64,000 bases of DNA. Origin: Orbicella franksi. Its lineage: Eukaryota. This document shows positions 36,563 through 49,765 of the stretch, one piece after another. Within the stretch, counting starts at the first letter, position 1. Every line of letters begins with the position of its first letter. A program made the position numbers and the translations under genes. The notes beneath the pieces were generated by a model. That model searched no databases. It was given only the letters and a program-made list of their open reading frames with translations, and had not been told where the DNA came from. The stretch is from contig OZ116700.1 in assembly GCA_964199315.1 (NCBI GenBank), positions 14,570,001 to 14,634,000 of the forward strand, read 5' to 3'.

Positions 36563-39500
36563 TTAAGACAAATTTTCAAGCTTGTATTTAATGTGTAGCT
36601 TACTGATAAAATCCTGAATGGAGATGGCCAGGCTATTTAACTTGCTTGAATAAATATAATGGCGCATAAATAAGGTGGTGTAGTTGAATTTCCGTATTAT
36701 TGCTATGTCGTGGGAGCTTAAAGTAATACCGAACAAGGTCTCCTCTGTGGTAGGAGAAATTTGACACGCATTCACTTGGTTGAACCAGCTCAAGACTTTT
36801 TGGGTAAACAATTTGGTAAACATACATTCGATAAAAGAGTGCTCAATTGAATCTTTATCTCCACAGTATAGACATTCATCGTCCGCCTTAATACCAAATC
36901 TGAATAGTTCTTTCTTAGTTACTATCGTTCTATGGATTAATTTAAATTGAAACTCTTTGAGTTTAGTTTCCTTACAAATATTTTTTAGTGATTTAAAGAT
37001 CTTAGTCCACACGTCCCTTTTTAAAGAGAGTGTTTCGCTCCAACGTTTAGGGCCCGTTTGATCTTCGGTGTGAATCTTGACGTTAAGCAAACTATAAAAG
37101 TCCTTTGACTTAGCCTTGTGCAGATTAATTTGTGTCGATTCGTTGAGGGAAAAGATATTATTATTTCCGGTAAAAAATGATTTGTTGATGATGTCGGAGC
37201 ACTTGGCTAGAGACCTTAAGCGTTTCAGAATAGCACTAACAACTTGATGATACTGTAAAAAATTGGATTCACAGGAATATTTATCCCAAAACTCGCAGAA
37301 TGTTAAAAAATTGCCACCTTCATTCAATAGGTCATTAATTGATAGAATACCCTTTTTAAACCATTCACTAAGGAAGATGGGTTTCCTGTCCACGAATATA
37401 TCTTTGTTATTAAACAATACTAACTCCTGCTTTTGATCATACAAGTAAAGAGTTTTTAATTCGTTGAAGAAGTCTAGTATTTTCTTATAGAAGGGAGGGA
37501 GATCTTTAGAATAATTTGTGTTGTAGTTGCACCTTAGTAGAAAGTTTAACCCTCCCTTTCTTCTGAAATAGTGCTCTGGAATAATACACCAATTACTATT
37601 GTCCGAAGTCCGCAACAGTCTCGGGATCCAGGCGAGTTTTAGGGCTTTTAACATAATATCAAAGTCGGTCATGCGTATTCCACCGTTGTCTGGATCCTGG
37701 TAAAGGCCTGATCTTTTTATTTTATCTTTTTTGTTTTTCCAGAGGAACTTAAAAGATTTTGTTCTTACAATTTCCACAATTCCTTTGGGAACATCCAGAT
37801 TAGAGGCCGAATAAATAAGTTGCGATATGCCCAAGGTTTTAATTAACATGGCTCTTCCAAATATTGTCAAGTCCCGTGAACTCCACATATCCAGCTTGAT
37901 TTGCAACTTTTGGATCTTTTTGTCGAAGTTGAGCTCGTTATTCTCTTTAATATTATATACGAAAAATATATCCCCAATATCTTAACGGGGCTGTGGAACC
38001 ATTTTAAATCCAGAGGCTTACTTCTATTACTTTTCCATTTCCCCAACCAAAGCGCCTTCGTTTTCTTTACATTTAAGGACAGGCCAGCAATTCGTTCGAA
38101 ATCCCCAACAATTTTCAAGGCCATTTCTAAAGATTCTATGTCCACATTGAATAGAGTTGTATCATCAGCGAATTGGGACAGCTTGATTTCCTTACCGAAG
38201 ACTTTGATTCCTCTCACATTGGAATCCTGACGTATCTTATTTGAGAGTACCTCTGCAGAAAGAATAAACAAATAAGGGGAGAGTGGGCAACCTTGTCGAA
38301 CTCCTTTTGGTTGTTTAAACCAACTGGTTATAAAACCATTGTTTTGTACCGCACTTTCTGTGTTCGTGTAGAATATCTTAATCCAGCGCTTGATGTCACT
38401 ACCAAAATTAAAATGGTCTAAAGTTTTCATTATAAAGGGCCATTCAATCGAATCAAAAGCTTTACGGAAGTCTAGGGAGGTTAGAATGCCAGGTAAGTTT
38501 TGTAGATTCGTATATTCCATTATGTCACTTATAAGTCGGATATTTTCCCCAATGTATCTCCCTTTTACGAAGCCTGTTTGGTCAGAGTGGATAAGGTTTG
38601 GTAGTGTCGGTTCAATGCGTTTTGCTATTGCTTTTGCCGCTATTTTAAGATCAACATTAAGCAAAGTAATCGGTCTCCAGTTTGAAAGATCTAGGAGTGA
38701 CCCGTCTTCTTTCGGAACTAAAGTAATTATTCCCCTTCGTTGTGAAATGGAGAGTTCACCTTTCTCGTGCGCTTCGTTAAAACTTGCTATTAAATCGTTT
38801 CCTAAAAGATCGAAAAAATAGGTATAAAATTCAACGGTAAATCCATCTTCCCCCGGTGCTTTATCATTCTGAAAGGTTTCTAGTATCTTTTTGCATTCTT
38901 CGTACGTAAGTGGACCCTCCAAGATTCCTTGCACGTCCTCTGAAAGCTTAGGTGATTCAACATTTTCAGTGAATGTGTCATAAGCTGTTTCAGAAAAGGT
39001 TAAATCCGAGGTATATAGGTTTCTATAATAATCTTCAATTTGCTCTAGAATCAGTGTCTCGTTGCGCGTAATAGAATCATTTTGTAATCGAAGTTCACTG
39101 ATAGTTTTTTTGTTGTAATTACTTTTTTCAAGATTGAAAAAAAAAATACTTTGTTGGGCGTTCACCATTTTCTATCCAGCGACATTTTGTTCTAAACATT
39201 GCCTGTTTTCCTTTTTCTTCGTAAATTGACTTAAGTTCCGTTTTCAGTCCATCATACTCCCGTAGTACTCCATCGATGTAAGGAGAAGAAAAATTATCGC
39301 AGATAATAACATCAAGTTGGTCTATTCTACATCTTAATTCCTGTTCTCGGTTGCTGATGCATTTTGCTTTATTTTTGGAAAAGGAAATAGTCGCAGATCT
39401 GATTTCCATTTTCATTAACTCCCAAAAGAGCCTCTTATCCATCACATGGCTATAATAACTGCACGCGTGAGCATATGTATCACGAACCTTTCTCACATAC

Positions 39501-40298
39501 TGCATGTCATTCAATAGGATGTTGTTAAATTTCCAGAGTCCTGGTCCCCGAGGAGGTTTGTTGGGCCAAGATAGCGAAATATAAATTGCGTTATGGTCAG
39601 GTGCGATAGCATGGTAAATTTCCGAATTCTTTACATCCCCAGAGAGATTTTTTGCAATTAAGAAAAAGTCAATCCTAGATTTAAGTTTAAGAGATTTTGA
39701 TTCGTACGTGAATTTGCGTAACTTTGGATGTCGCATTCTTTGAATATCCACTAAGTCAAACATTTCCATTGTTGTCAGAATGAGATTACGGTAACTGGAC
39801 GGTTTCCACGGTGCACCTCCGATCTTATCTTTTTTTGATAAAGTACAATTCCAGTCTCCCCCGACAATTAGCGAGGTGAGCTCTGATTTATTGATTATGC
39901 AATTGTTGAGCTCTTGCATGAATTGGAGTTGATTAGCCTGGTCATTAGGTGCGTAAATATTGCACAGTGATAGTTTTTGTCCATTAAGAGTGACTGTAAT
40001 AAGTACTATTCTGCCCGAGTCATCGGCATAAGAATAATCAACTTTTGGTTGTACAAAGGGATCAATTAAAATACACACACCTTCACTATGCGTGGTGCCA
40101 TGTGAGAAAAATAGCTCGCCACCCCATTCTTTTCTCCAAATATTTTCATCGGCTCGTGCTGAATATGTTTCTTGTAAAAAATGAATGTTTGCTTTTTGAT
40201 CTTTTAGGTATGAAAATATACTCCCTCTTGATTTGATCTCTGATTCCCCGAACGTTCAATGATAAGACATCAAATTTGGACAAACTACCCGCATTCAT
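36563..40298 (-). pseudogene. LINE ORF2 (APE endonuclease - RT - C-terminal Cys/His region), about 3 frameshifts
   Basis: LSLNVRGI, FLQET, CNIYAPN, GGDWN, RIDFFL; KAPGEDG, WRPITLLN, LDFRKAFD, GVRQGCPLSP, SQFADD; CLYCG...SIEHSFIEC. Frame changes at ~40215, ~39145 and ~37900-37960. Confidence 0.93.
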
Positions 40299-40513
40299 AT
40301 TACACGATAGAAAAGAAAAAAAGGAATTAAATGACGAGAAAAAAAAAAATACAAAAACTCATGAAAGTATAGACAATCCAGACAACGCACACAGACAAAT
40401 ACACACAACAATACAAAAGAGAACAACTAAACCTTTTTGCAAGTAGGGTAAAGAGATAAGTCACAGTTCCAAACAGAGTCCGTCCCCTCTCCCAAAATAA
40501 TTCTAAAAGCAGG

Positions 40514-40858
40514 CTACAGATTCTCGAGGTCCTCTAATTCGATGATTTTGATGGGTTTCCCGTTCGGCGAAGTCTTCACGTAAATTGTTCCGTCCATCGA
40601 CCATGCGCTCAATAGCTTGCCATCTCTACGTTTCTCGTTAGCTCTCGACATGATGCGGCGACGATAGGAAGTTAAGTTTTCGTTGATGAAGATCCTTGTC
40701 GACTGTACTTTCGTTGTGTAAGAGGAGTCGGGGAAGAGGTCGGCCAGTTTGACGTGTTTAAGTTTTGTTCTAGCTCTGTAGAGATTCGTCTTGGCTTTGT
40801 GACTAATAAATTTTGCAATTATTGCTTTGTTGCCCTGAGTATTTAATTTATGGGAAAT
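40514..40858 (-). CDS. LINE ORF1 C-terminal fragment (open frame, 5'-truncated)
   Basis: Manual translation gives ISHKL...AIIAKFISHKAK...RIFINENLTSYRR...WSMDGTIYVK...LENL*. Confidence 0.8.
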   Translation of the reverse strand: MSHKLNTQGNKAIIAKFISHKAKTNLYRARTKLKHVKLADLFPDSSYTTKVQSTRIFINENLTSYRRRIMSRANEKRRDGKLLSAWSMDGTIYVKTSPNGKPIKIIELEDLENL

Positions 40859-41239
40859 TATCAGGTATAATATTATTATAAAGGTATATTATACTATAAA
40901 GGTGAATCTTCTTGGTTCAAAAAATGTATCTGCAGTGTTTGAATACCCTTTTGGTCCAATGACACTTGTGGCCATTCAATGGATGCAGTAACAGGCTAGG
41001 TTTCCACAATATTACATGTAATAGTTGATATCATTCAGCAAATAGTTATGGAGACAAAATCGGTGAATTTAATGCTGGGGTTAACCCTGCGATGTGCTAG
41101 CATCCCATTCAGCAAGGAGTAAGAAATACTCCTAACCACTTCATTCAAAGTAAACCAGAGATAAGCTCTGGCCTGAGAGGCTACCTAGGCTTACATGCAG
41201 ACCACATCTTTTGTATGATTACCTTTCAGTGTAGGGTGT

Positions 41240-43900
41240 ACATTGTACTTGCCGGAAAATGAAGCACTCTTGATGTTATGCTTTTCCACAGCAGTTTCCT
41301 GGCCTTCCTTTAACTTCTCAGCCATTCAGCTATTGAAGTTTTCTGGCCCATACTGTGACAATTCATCATTACATTCTGGAAGAGAACCCACTTTATAGGC
41401 AAATAAACCCAATGACCATAGAAGCTGTTCTGTGTTACATAGCTCACAATGGAGAGCACACAAATTTAAAGAGGACAAATCAACTTCCAAAAGGAATGTG
41501 ATGTCGTCGCAGATACCCCTGAAACTAAAGTAGACAACACAAAATTGTTTGTCGTAACAGTAAATAAGCTGGTTACAAGTGAAAGATGTAACCTGAAAGT
41601 GTCTCTGCCAGATCTGCATGTACAGTTTATGCTTTTTCAATTTTGTAACCCTTGTCTGAGAAACATCCACCAATGATTTCATTTTGCTCAGTACATGTAA
41701 ATGACATATGAACCGACATCTTTTTCACATAGGGCAAAAATTATACATTTCTTATTATGGCCAAACCCAAAACATTTTAAGAATAAGTTTCAGATATAAA
41801 ACAACCACTTTTAGTTTCACAGACATATTCAATGTTTCAGCAGGAAGTTCTACCTTCTTTCAAGAATATCAGTGACTGAAAGTTAAAAATATCAGTGACT
41901 GAAATTATGATCTTGATTGTGAGAATCAAATTACATGGAAGATCTTTCAATGTAAAAAAAATAGAATGAGTAGTGAGGCTATATTTGTCTTCCAATGTTG
42001 GCCTTAGAGATACTAAAATGCTCTGGGCAAATAGCACGGACACCAAGATCACATGAACAATCCTGTAGGGAAAATTTTCTAAGTATTTGCATGTTGAAGA
42101 CTTGGATTTACTGGTACATGCACTAGCAGTTTTAATACACCGATCATGTTATGACAACCTGAAAAAAGATTTTTATTGGCACCTGGCATGATACATGCAT
42201 GATGCAATAGTTGACAAGCAGAAACAATTGCATCACTCTGAAGTCATCTTTCAATTAACTATAGCCCTTATTTAAATGAATAATTAAATATACAGTAAAC
42301 AAATATATTTACAATGTATCAACATCTTTGGATTTAACATTGATGTGCTAATTGGGGACACTGTAAATTAACAAACAAGGAGGATTTGAATATCCAGATT
42401 TCGAATCCAACATCTTAAGCCACTCAGCCATGCCACCTTCCAAATGCAACATTTTTGTTACTTAGTTTGTGTATATTACACAACTAACAACTACGAAAAT
42501 GAAAAAGTAATGCAAACATGCCCTCTAAGGTAAATAACTTAGTACATACCCTTAGGCATTGCATATAAAACAGAACTCAACATCAATGCCTTGTTTACCA
42601 AGTTTGAAATTCTTGTAATCATCTTTCACAAGTAGCAGATACAATGCCTTTAAGTCCGGTATGACTACAAAAATTTAATACTTGTTATGAAAATTGTTAA
42701 ATAATATTATTAATAACAAATGTTTGCTGTTCTTAGTTATCTTCACCCATCCACAAAGTGCCATTTTTCTTCAGTGCAGCCTTTTGCCTTCTTACATTCA
42801 TAATCAACTTTTTCAGGCTTGTCCTTAAGACACAAGAATAACATTGTGTTCATATTAGGAAAGCTTGCCCACAGACCTTCATTATATCAATATCGAAGTC
42901 CTGAGTGAGCTTGGGAAAACTTCTTAGGACAGTGACTACAGTATGAATTATCAATCAATTAATATCAGCTACAACACCAGATTTTCTGAGTTTCTTGGTA
43001 CTGTAAGCTATTAATCATAATAATAAGTTGTTAACTTAACACTTACAACACATGTACTACCCAGAGTTTTCTACAAGGGAATGGTTAACAAGGTGCTGCA
43101 CAGGTGACCACTCAGACACTTAACGTTGTACAAGGGTGGATAGTATTCTATGAGAGTTTGTACTAGCCTGGTTGCAAGGTGAGCTTTGACTGTAGTACCC
43201 TTTGGTCAAAGTTGATGATGACATAAAAATAGTGGTGAAATTGTTTCAACTTAGAGACTTTCTTCCCTGTTGACAGCAATGACACAATGATGGTCTACCA
43301 GTGAATGGACAGCAATGGGAAAACAAATCAAATTTGACTGTAAGAGTGAAACTACCTGTATGCTATTTAAAAAAAAGTACTAACCTGTCCTCTTTACACT
43401 TAGCAACTGCTAATTTACAACTTTGATTGGAAAGGAATGGTGTTTCCATGCTTAGGAGGACATAACCCTTTTCCACCACAGCTCCTTAGGTTCTCCACTA
43501 GCTCCTCTAAGGTTTTCCATACACCATTTCTCCCATCAAGAGTGGCCTTCTTCTGAAACAAGCAACACTGTGCTATCATTTTGCTCAATGTCTCATCATG
43601 GCCATACAGTATTGATGCTTTCCATCACAATTCCCACTTTTTTGTGATCTTCCTTTTCTTGGTTAGTGGGGCAAAGCAAGAGCATTCTATATCTGACACT
43701 GATAACAAAGAACCATCTGAAGATGACAAAGGTGAACTCAAAGTTGACAAATTACTTGTTTTGGTGGGCTTTTCAAAGAGTGATTTGAGAGATCTGCTGA
43801 GGAAGGTTCAGGCTTCGAATCAGCTGGTGGTAGATCATCCCTGGCATAGTTGCATCTGTTGCTACCTCTCATAGTAGACTCAAGAGCTCTGACATTTGCA
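41240..43900 (-). pseudogene. Decayed multi-exon transposase-like gene with D...CxxC...CxxH motifs
   Basis: The exon at ~42545-42670 reads VIPDLKALYLLL...VEFCFICN. The exon at ~41245-41520 reads ICDDITFLLEVDLSSLNLCALHCELCNTEQLL. An N-terminal basic region (TKKRKITKK) lies at ~43400-43900. The family is not established. Confidence 0.45.
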
Positions 43901-45094
43901 ATCGTCGGTTTGAGACAACCCTTTTGAGGTAAATTTAAAAATTCCTACAATTACTAAGAGTTTCCTAAGAATTCGTAGGAAAAAATTCCTAGGAATTCCA
44001 AGGAACTTAAGGTGTGAATTTTCAGGGTAATTCAGACTCGGAATTCCAAGTTTGCATAGAGCTGACTTGGAATTCCAAGGAATTCCAACTCAGATATACT
44101 CACCGTGAAATTTCCTTAAAATTCCAAAAAATTCCCAGGAATTTCAGAGAATAACTTGGAACTTGTAGGATTTTTTAAGAATAGCTTGGAATTTTTTGGA
44201 AAATCTGAATAAAACTGGGAATTTCTCATCATGTGTGGGCCAGACAAATTTTGTTGAAATGCATGGCATTAAAATAACAAATAAAGTTACTGATAACACA
44301 TCAAACAGGTTTGAAATCAATGGTTTAATTACACTGGCTTTCATGAATTTTAAAATAAGAATAATTATCCTATTTCTTTTTTATTATATCAAGAATCAAA
44401 AGTAAAACTGAAAACAGATATGAAGGTCAAACAAAACCAAATGCTACGTATAATAAAATTTCCTTGTTTAAAGAGAACTTTTTTTAGATAATTTACTTAC
44501 TTTTTTTGTTTTTTTTGGTTGTACATATCCAATAATTTTCCATAAACAAAGAATAGGAACATTTACATGTAGATCTGAAAAAAAAAATGGATAAACATTA
44601 GTGAAGTTCAATGGGACTTAGCTCTGCTTTTTCAAAAATAGTCACCAGGGCTTTTGTTGTTGCCCCGAATAAAATTGTCCACCACTGTCCTCTTGTAGTC
44701 ATATATCTTTCCCATAGTAGCTAAAAATGAGTAAATAGTAAGCACTTTGTTCAATGTTTTAAATTACACTTTAAGTGCAGGTAATCATTGCTTTGTAATA
44801 AATGATCTCCTTTCAGGAATGTTTCACCTAGAAGGTGTTTTTCTTTCACTTCTTACTTTGTTATCAAAATGAACTATCAGAATGACAGGGCTGTACTTGC
44901 TGAAACTACCATATAACTTAAATTATCACTTTTAAACCACTCAGTTTCTTAAGACTCTGCTTCCTATATATTCAATGCAAAAGGGTTTTTTCCGTGGATT
45001 CACTTCACTCAAGCGTGGAATTATTTCACTTCTGATTTCTAGAACACTTACACAATGTGTCTCAAATCTCCAACAAACTGTAACTTACAGTAGA

Positions 45095-46060
45095 TTACGT
45101 CCAGCTTCTCCCTGTCCAGGGCAATACCTTCACCACCAGATGCTGTAACAAGGCGAAATCAATGTACTCACCCGGCGAAATGTTTTCTCCAGTGCTTTCT
45201 TCCAAAGCCCTTTGGAAGCCAAGTGGCGTGGCTGCGCCAGATCTTCGCTGTTGTGGACCAGATGAGGAAGATGGAAAGGGATGAAAAGGCTGGACGGTGT
45301 CGGAAACAGCCTGAGAGCGATGACTATGTAAGGCCTTGGCGACAAATTGCTGTACGGTCTGTTGGATGGCAGCCAACTGCCCAGCCGTAAACGGCATTTC
45401 CTGTGTGTGACCATCCAGTATGATGGATTGTTCGACAGGGTCCATGTCCAGTGGCATTTCAAAGTCGTCCTCTGAACTCACAGAGGAAGAATCATCGGTG
45501 ACCTCAGTGACTGGATCGGGCTGTTCAACAGCTGGCCATGCTAAATGCGTTTTGCCCTTGCCCTTTTGGACGCAGCCAGCTGGCTGTCTTCCCACAGCCG
45601 AAGGTCTTTGCATTGGCTGGGAGGTGTTTTGTAGGCATTTAACCAGTTGAGCCTTGCTCCCGGTAATAGGGAGGTTAAGTGCCTGAAGGCGAAGACGAAG
45701 AACTTCTGAGGTAAGTGAAGCCAGGTGTTCTCCATTTTCTTGGCGACGTGGATGACAGTTGCGAGCCTGAGGTTTCGGAGCGCCATGAGGACGAGCCATA
45801 GTTACAATTTTGAGGGCTAACTAAAAGTTACAGTAGTGATATAACAAGTAAATGATGCTAAAGTCCAAGCTAAGACTCTTTTATAGGTAGACCGGTATAA
45901 AATCGTGTACCATGAAAAGTACAGAGCCCACGCGGCCTTGAACAAAACAAGAATGGAGCTATTTAAAAGACTAGCCATACAAATGCATGATATACTTAAA
46001 CCAGACGTTGTTGCAACATGCATGGGTGAAAGGCTATTGTGAGTATTGTTTAAACTAGAC
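45095..46060 (-). mobile_element. 5' portion of a DIRS/Ngaro tyrosine-recombinase retrotransposon (terminal region + gag-like ORF1)
   Basis: ORF 45095-45799 has a SAP-like N-terminus (LRLRLQALNLPITGSKAQLV) and the GEYIDFALL motif typical of DIRS/Ngaro ORF1. It is truncated afterwards; no RT or YR follows. Confidence 0.7.
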
Positions 46061-47721
46061 AAGACAGACTTCTATAATGTTCTAACGCGTAACAGTTCTA
46101 TTGCGTTACGTTTAACAATAGTAAGCTAGTGACTGTACGTAAATAGAGTCACGCTCCATTAACTGCGCTTTAACGATTGACTTTAAAGCTTTATAATCCA
46201 GTAAAACCGCTCTCTGGTGGGAGAAAATGGTGTAGTACTAGGGGTGGGAAGGGGTAACTATGATGGTTCCTACAAAATTGATGCAAACTTGTTGAATGAA
46301 TAGAAAAAAAAGCCCAATTTTTACAACTCAACTATACTTGTCTTCCATGAAAACCAATAAAAATGCTTAAATTAAAATGAGAGTTGTGATGAAAAAGTCT
46401 GTGCAAGATAAATGCTGGGTGAAGCTCACTGAATAAGGCATAAACAGGAAAATCATTAAGCTCTTGAAATCGCTTACCAGTCTAATTTTCAGTCTTCCTT
46501 GTACTTTATATTAATGAAGTATGTGTGGCTAAGGGAAAATGCTAGAAGAGGAAAGCCATAATATAAGCAAAGAAGGAAAAGTGGAGATTGATTATCTTAA
46601 TTCTGCCGAATGAGATATAAACAACTTTCTGAAGAACAACCAGGGTCGAGATTAAACGGAATTTAAACAATATTTTGACCATACAATACTCGCTTTCATC
46701 AAGCCAAAAGAGCATCAATTCCATGACTGATCTTTCCTTTTTACATTACAGCATTCAGCAATTTCTATCTCTGAGAGCAAAAATGTCAAAATTTGTTGCT
46801 TCAGACTAGTTGAGTAAAAAAGTAAAACTTTTGTGGATTGCAGAACAGCGGTCCATCCATATTTGGTAAGTACCAGGACCATTCCTTACCAGGCCCAGCA
46901 CTAAAGCAAAATGTCAGCTATTTTGACTTGTTTGTCTGCATTTTCATCCAACTAGCACGTTATTAACCTTGCAAGGTGGGTTGAATTTAACCCTTAATTT
47001 AATCCTTGGATAGTGCAAATCCAGCTTGGAGAAACAATTCAATCAAACGATAAATTTATTTCGTTGATTATGACGATTTAATTGTGAATTAAAGTAAAGT
47101 TAATGTAAAGAAAAAAGGAGTCCTCTACCGCTGAAAAAAAAACCATTATTATCCAGTATAGTCTTACCTTGACCAAAAATGGGCTGTGATCGAAACTGTT
47201 CACAAAATCTTTTGCCATTTTAGTAACCGCAAAAATAATTCAAGTCAGCTCTTAAATAACAAGTTTCCTTTTAAATTTGAGCGATTCAATCATGATTATC
47301 CAAATAAGCCCTGGGACGAGGTTGATCCAAATATGGGTGGAATCTTTCACATCAGGAGATCACAAACACATGGGCTCAATTCATGCAACAATGGCAGAAT
47401 GTCAAGGAAGGTCTGCGAAATGCCTTTTGTCTCTAAGCCCAATGTCAAGTGCGGCACGGAAGGTGGTTAGTATTTCATTCTCCTAATTACGTTAAATTTC
47501 ACTTGTGGCTTGTCGATGGCCCACTTCTCTGCAACTCAAGCCAGAAGCCTGATACAAATTTTTCACAGTTGAAAAAATTTGTATTGGTTTTTCCCACCTT
47601 TCAGGGTGGTCATGAAAAGTAATTGAGAGTGTATGTTTGCAACGTTCCCTACTTTCCCAGAATCATGGTTTCAAGGTTTGCAGACATTAATTCAGTGGAA
47701 CAATTTTATCCTACCCAGGAA

Positions 47722-48150
47722 ACGAAAATACGAGAAAGGAAACTCAACAGAATGTTGCTCTGCTTAAGGAGTTTGTGACGCTGAGTAATGAGTCAAGACT
47801 TTAGAAGCAATTCACCTGAAGGAGCTGAATGCCTACATCACTGAATTTATCATTACGGTTTGAAAGAAAGACAGCAACAAAGACTATGAATCCAGATCCT
47901 TATGTTCTTTGATGGCCAGTTTTGGACAGTATTTAACGAAGAAGAATTACGGACTCGGCATTATGAAAGACACCGCATTTGAACAGGCACGCAAAGATTT
48001 ACAATCGAAACAAAAGGATGTCAAACAGAAAAGAAAAGGAAATAAACCTAATGCTTCAGTTGCCCTCAAAGAAGAGGAAATAAAACTACTCTTGGAGAAA
48101 GAATCGTTAGGAATGTCTACTCTTGAGGCCCTGCTGAATACAATTTCATG
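47722..48150 (+). pseudogene. Crypton-type tyrosine recombinase fragment (DUF3504/ZMYM-KCTD1-like N-terminal part)
   Basis: ENTRKETQ...ELNAYITEFIITV*KKD..DYESRSL..LMASF..YL...FEQARKDLQSKQKDVKQKRKGNKPNAS.AL.EEEI..L...LG...EALLNT. Confidence 0.8.
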
Positions 48151-48989
48151 ACGAGCTTTGCCCTCTGGAAAAATTTACGCAAATTAGGCTAAGGAGGAGA
48201 AATTCTCGTCCATGGTTTATCATTAACTGAAAGAAAACACTGTATTCAACACGTTTACACTCTAGGTGTCGCCTAGGAATTTCCAGTAATTACTTTTTTC
48301 GCACTTATCAGTGTTCAAATGCATGCCAAGAGAAACACAAACCAATTTAATTAACTATCTCGTGACATGAAAACAAATGGTTTCCAGACATCAACACATG
48401 TGGCTGTAGCTGTATTTTGTGAGGAGAAATTTGGTCACATTTGTCTTCAGGGCGTTGGTGTTGCTGGATAAAACTCTCATGAACCACGTCTTATTTACTC
48501 TCTTAGTTAGTTAATGTTGCTGTTCCTCAGAGACAAATACACTGTACTAGTGGTATTAAAAGCATGTCGCTCTCTTATAAAAAGAATGTATATAATATAT
48601 CTTTACAAGTCAAATTCTAAATAACTGGAAACACTACTTTCATTGCTCAGCATGCAGCGAACTGAAAAAATCAATAGTAACGTGATGATTCTTTATTCGC
48701 AACACTAAACTGAAAGCACAGTTTTTGAAGAGAAACACAGATAATCTGCAAATATCACTATTCCAACAGTAGCATTTTCAATATGAGGTTCTTCATCTAA
48801 AAAATAAAATGTGAACTGACAAGGGCACTATAAGAGACATTTACAAAGTTACTTCATACTGACCTATTTAACTATTTGAGAACAACTGAGTTTCTTTACT
48901 TCAAGTGACAAAATCTTTAAAGGATGCTAAACAGTTCCTTTAACGAGGGACGTTGTTAAGGATCATTGTTTAAAGCTGATTTGGCCATC

Positions 48990-49765
48990 TTTGTTGATCG
49001 AACAGTTCCTCGAGCATGACATTGTTCGCTTTTAAATCGTTGTGCAGGATACTGCATGAATGTATGTGCACGAGCGCTTCAATGGCTTTCGTTAACACAC
49101 CTAGCCAACCAGGTTTGCCAGATAATTTTTTTTCTAGTGGCACTAGACAAGGTCAGGCTCCTATGGTTTCAGCCATGAAACTTTGCAATAAGCCGAAGCG
49201 GCTTGCTATTTGTTATCACCAAATAGCAAAGGCACACTGCTGTGATCTCCGAGGTAGCTGATCATTCTCACTTCCTGGCGTACTTCTCGTTTGAGGTCGT
49301 TAGTGGTCCACTTTTTCCCAGACTTGAACTCTTTTACAGCCATGAGCAGATCTCGGTAATAAGCAAGATAACAGTTTCCAAATGTTCCTGATCCAAGAAA
49401 TTTTTCTGTCTGCACCACTAACGAGGGATTGATCTCTTTAACATGGTGTTGGATGTTGACTTGTCTTGGTGGCGGGTCAGCAGGTTCGCCACGTTTCTTT
49501 TCTGCAAATAGTTCCTGAGTTCCCGGCGATGGCTGTCGCAGTTTTCATGGTTTCTTTCTTGAACCGTCTGCTCCACTACTTCTCGCACAGACGTAACTTT
49601 TTGATCTTCTTTTTTGCCAATAGTTGCCGAGTTGCCAGTGATGGCTGCCACTGCTTTCAAGGCTTTTTCTTGAGCCTTCTTCTGTCTCAACCTTTTCTTT
49701 GCTTTTTTCCAAATTTTCTTCAACTTTTCTGAATCTTTGATTGTTTTGGATTTGTTTGAAGCCAT
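48990..49765 (-). pseudogene. Intronless protein kinase pseudogene with a Lys-rich N-terminus
   Basis: FLGSGTFGNCY (Gly loop), MAVKEF, EVRQE and ILHNDLKANNV. ORF 49418-49765 joins by a frameshift (KEINPSLVVQTEKFLG). There are internal stops and the C-lobe is not recognisable. Confidence 0.8.

Larger units (their letters stand above)
36307..40858 (-). mobile_element. 5'-truncated Tx1/L1-like non-LTR retrotransposon
   Basis: TSD TATCAGGTAT at 36297-36306 and 40859-40868, poly(A) tail (poly-T on +) at 36307, ORF1 3' end plus ORF2. Confidence 0.93.

Noticed and set aside
1975-38821. Antisense/shadow ORFs (1975-2241, 2455-2694, 7299-7568, 12676-13035, 13775-14224, 26854-27912, 37901-38821)
   Set aside because: They overlap TE coding regions on the opposite strand and show no independent motifs.
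46190-46245. Helitron 3' end (TAGTACTAG)
   Set aside because: There is no convincing subterminal hairpin, 5' TC end or Rep/helicase sequence.
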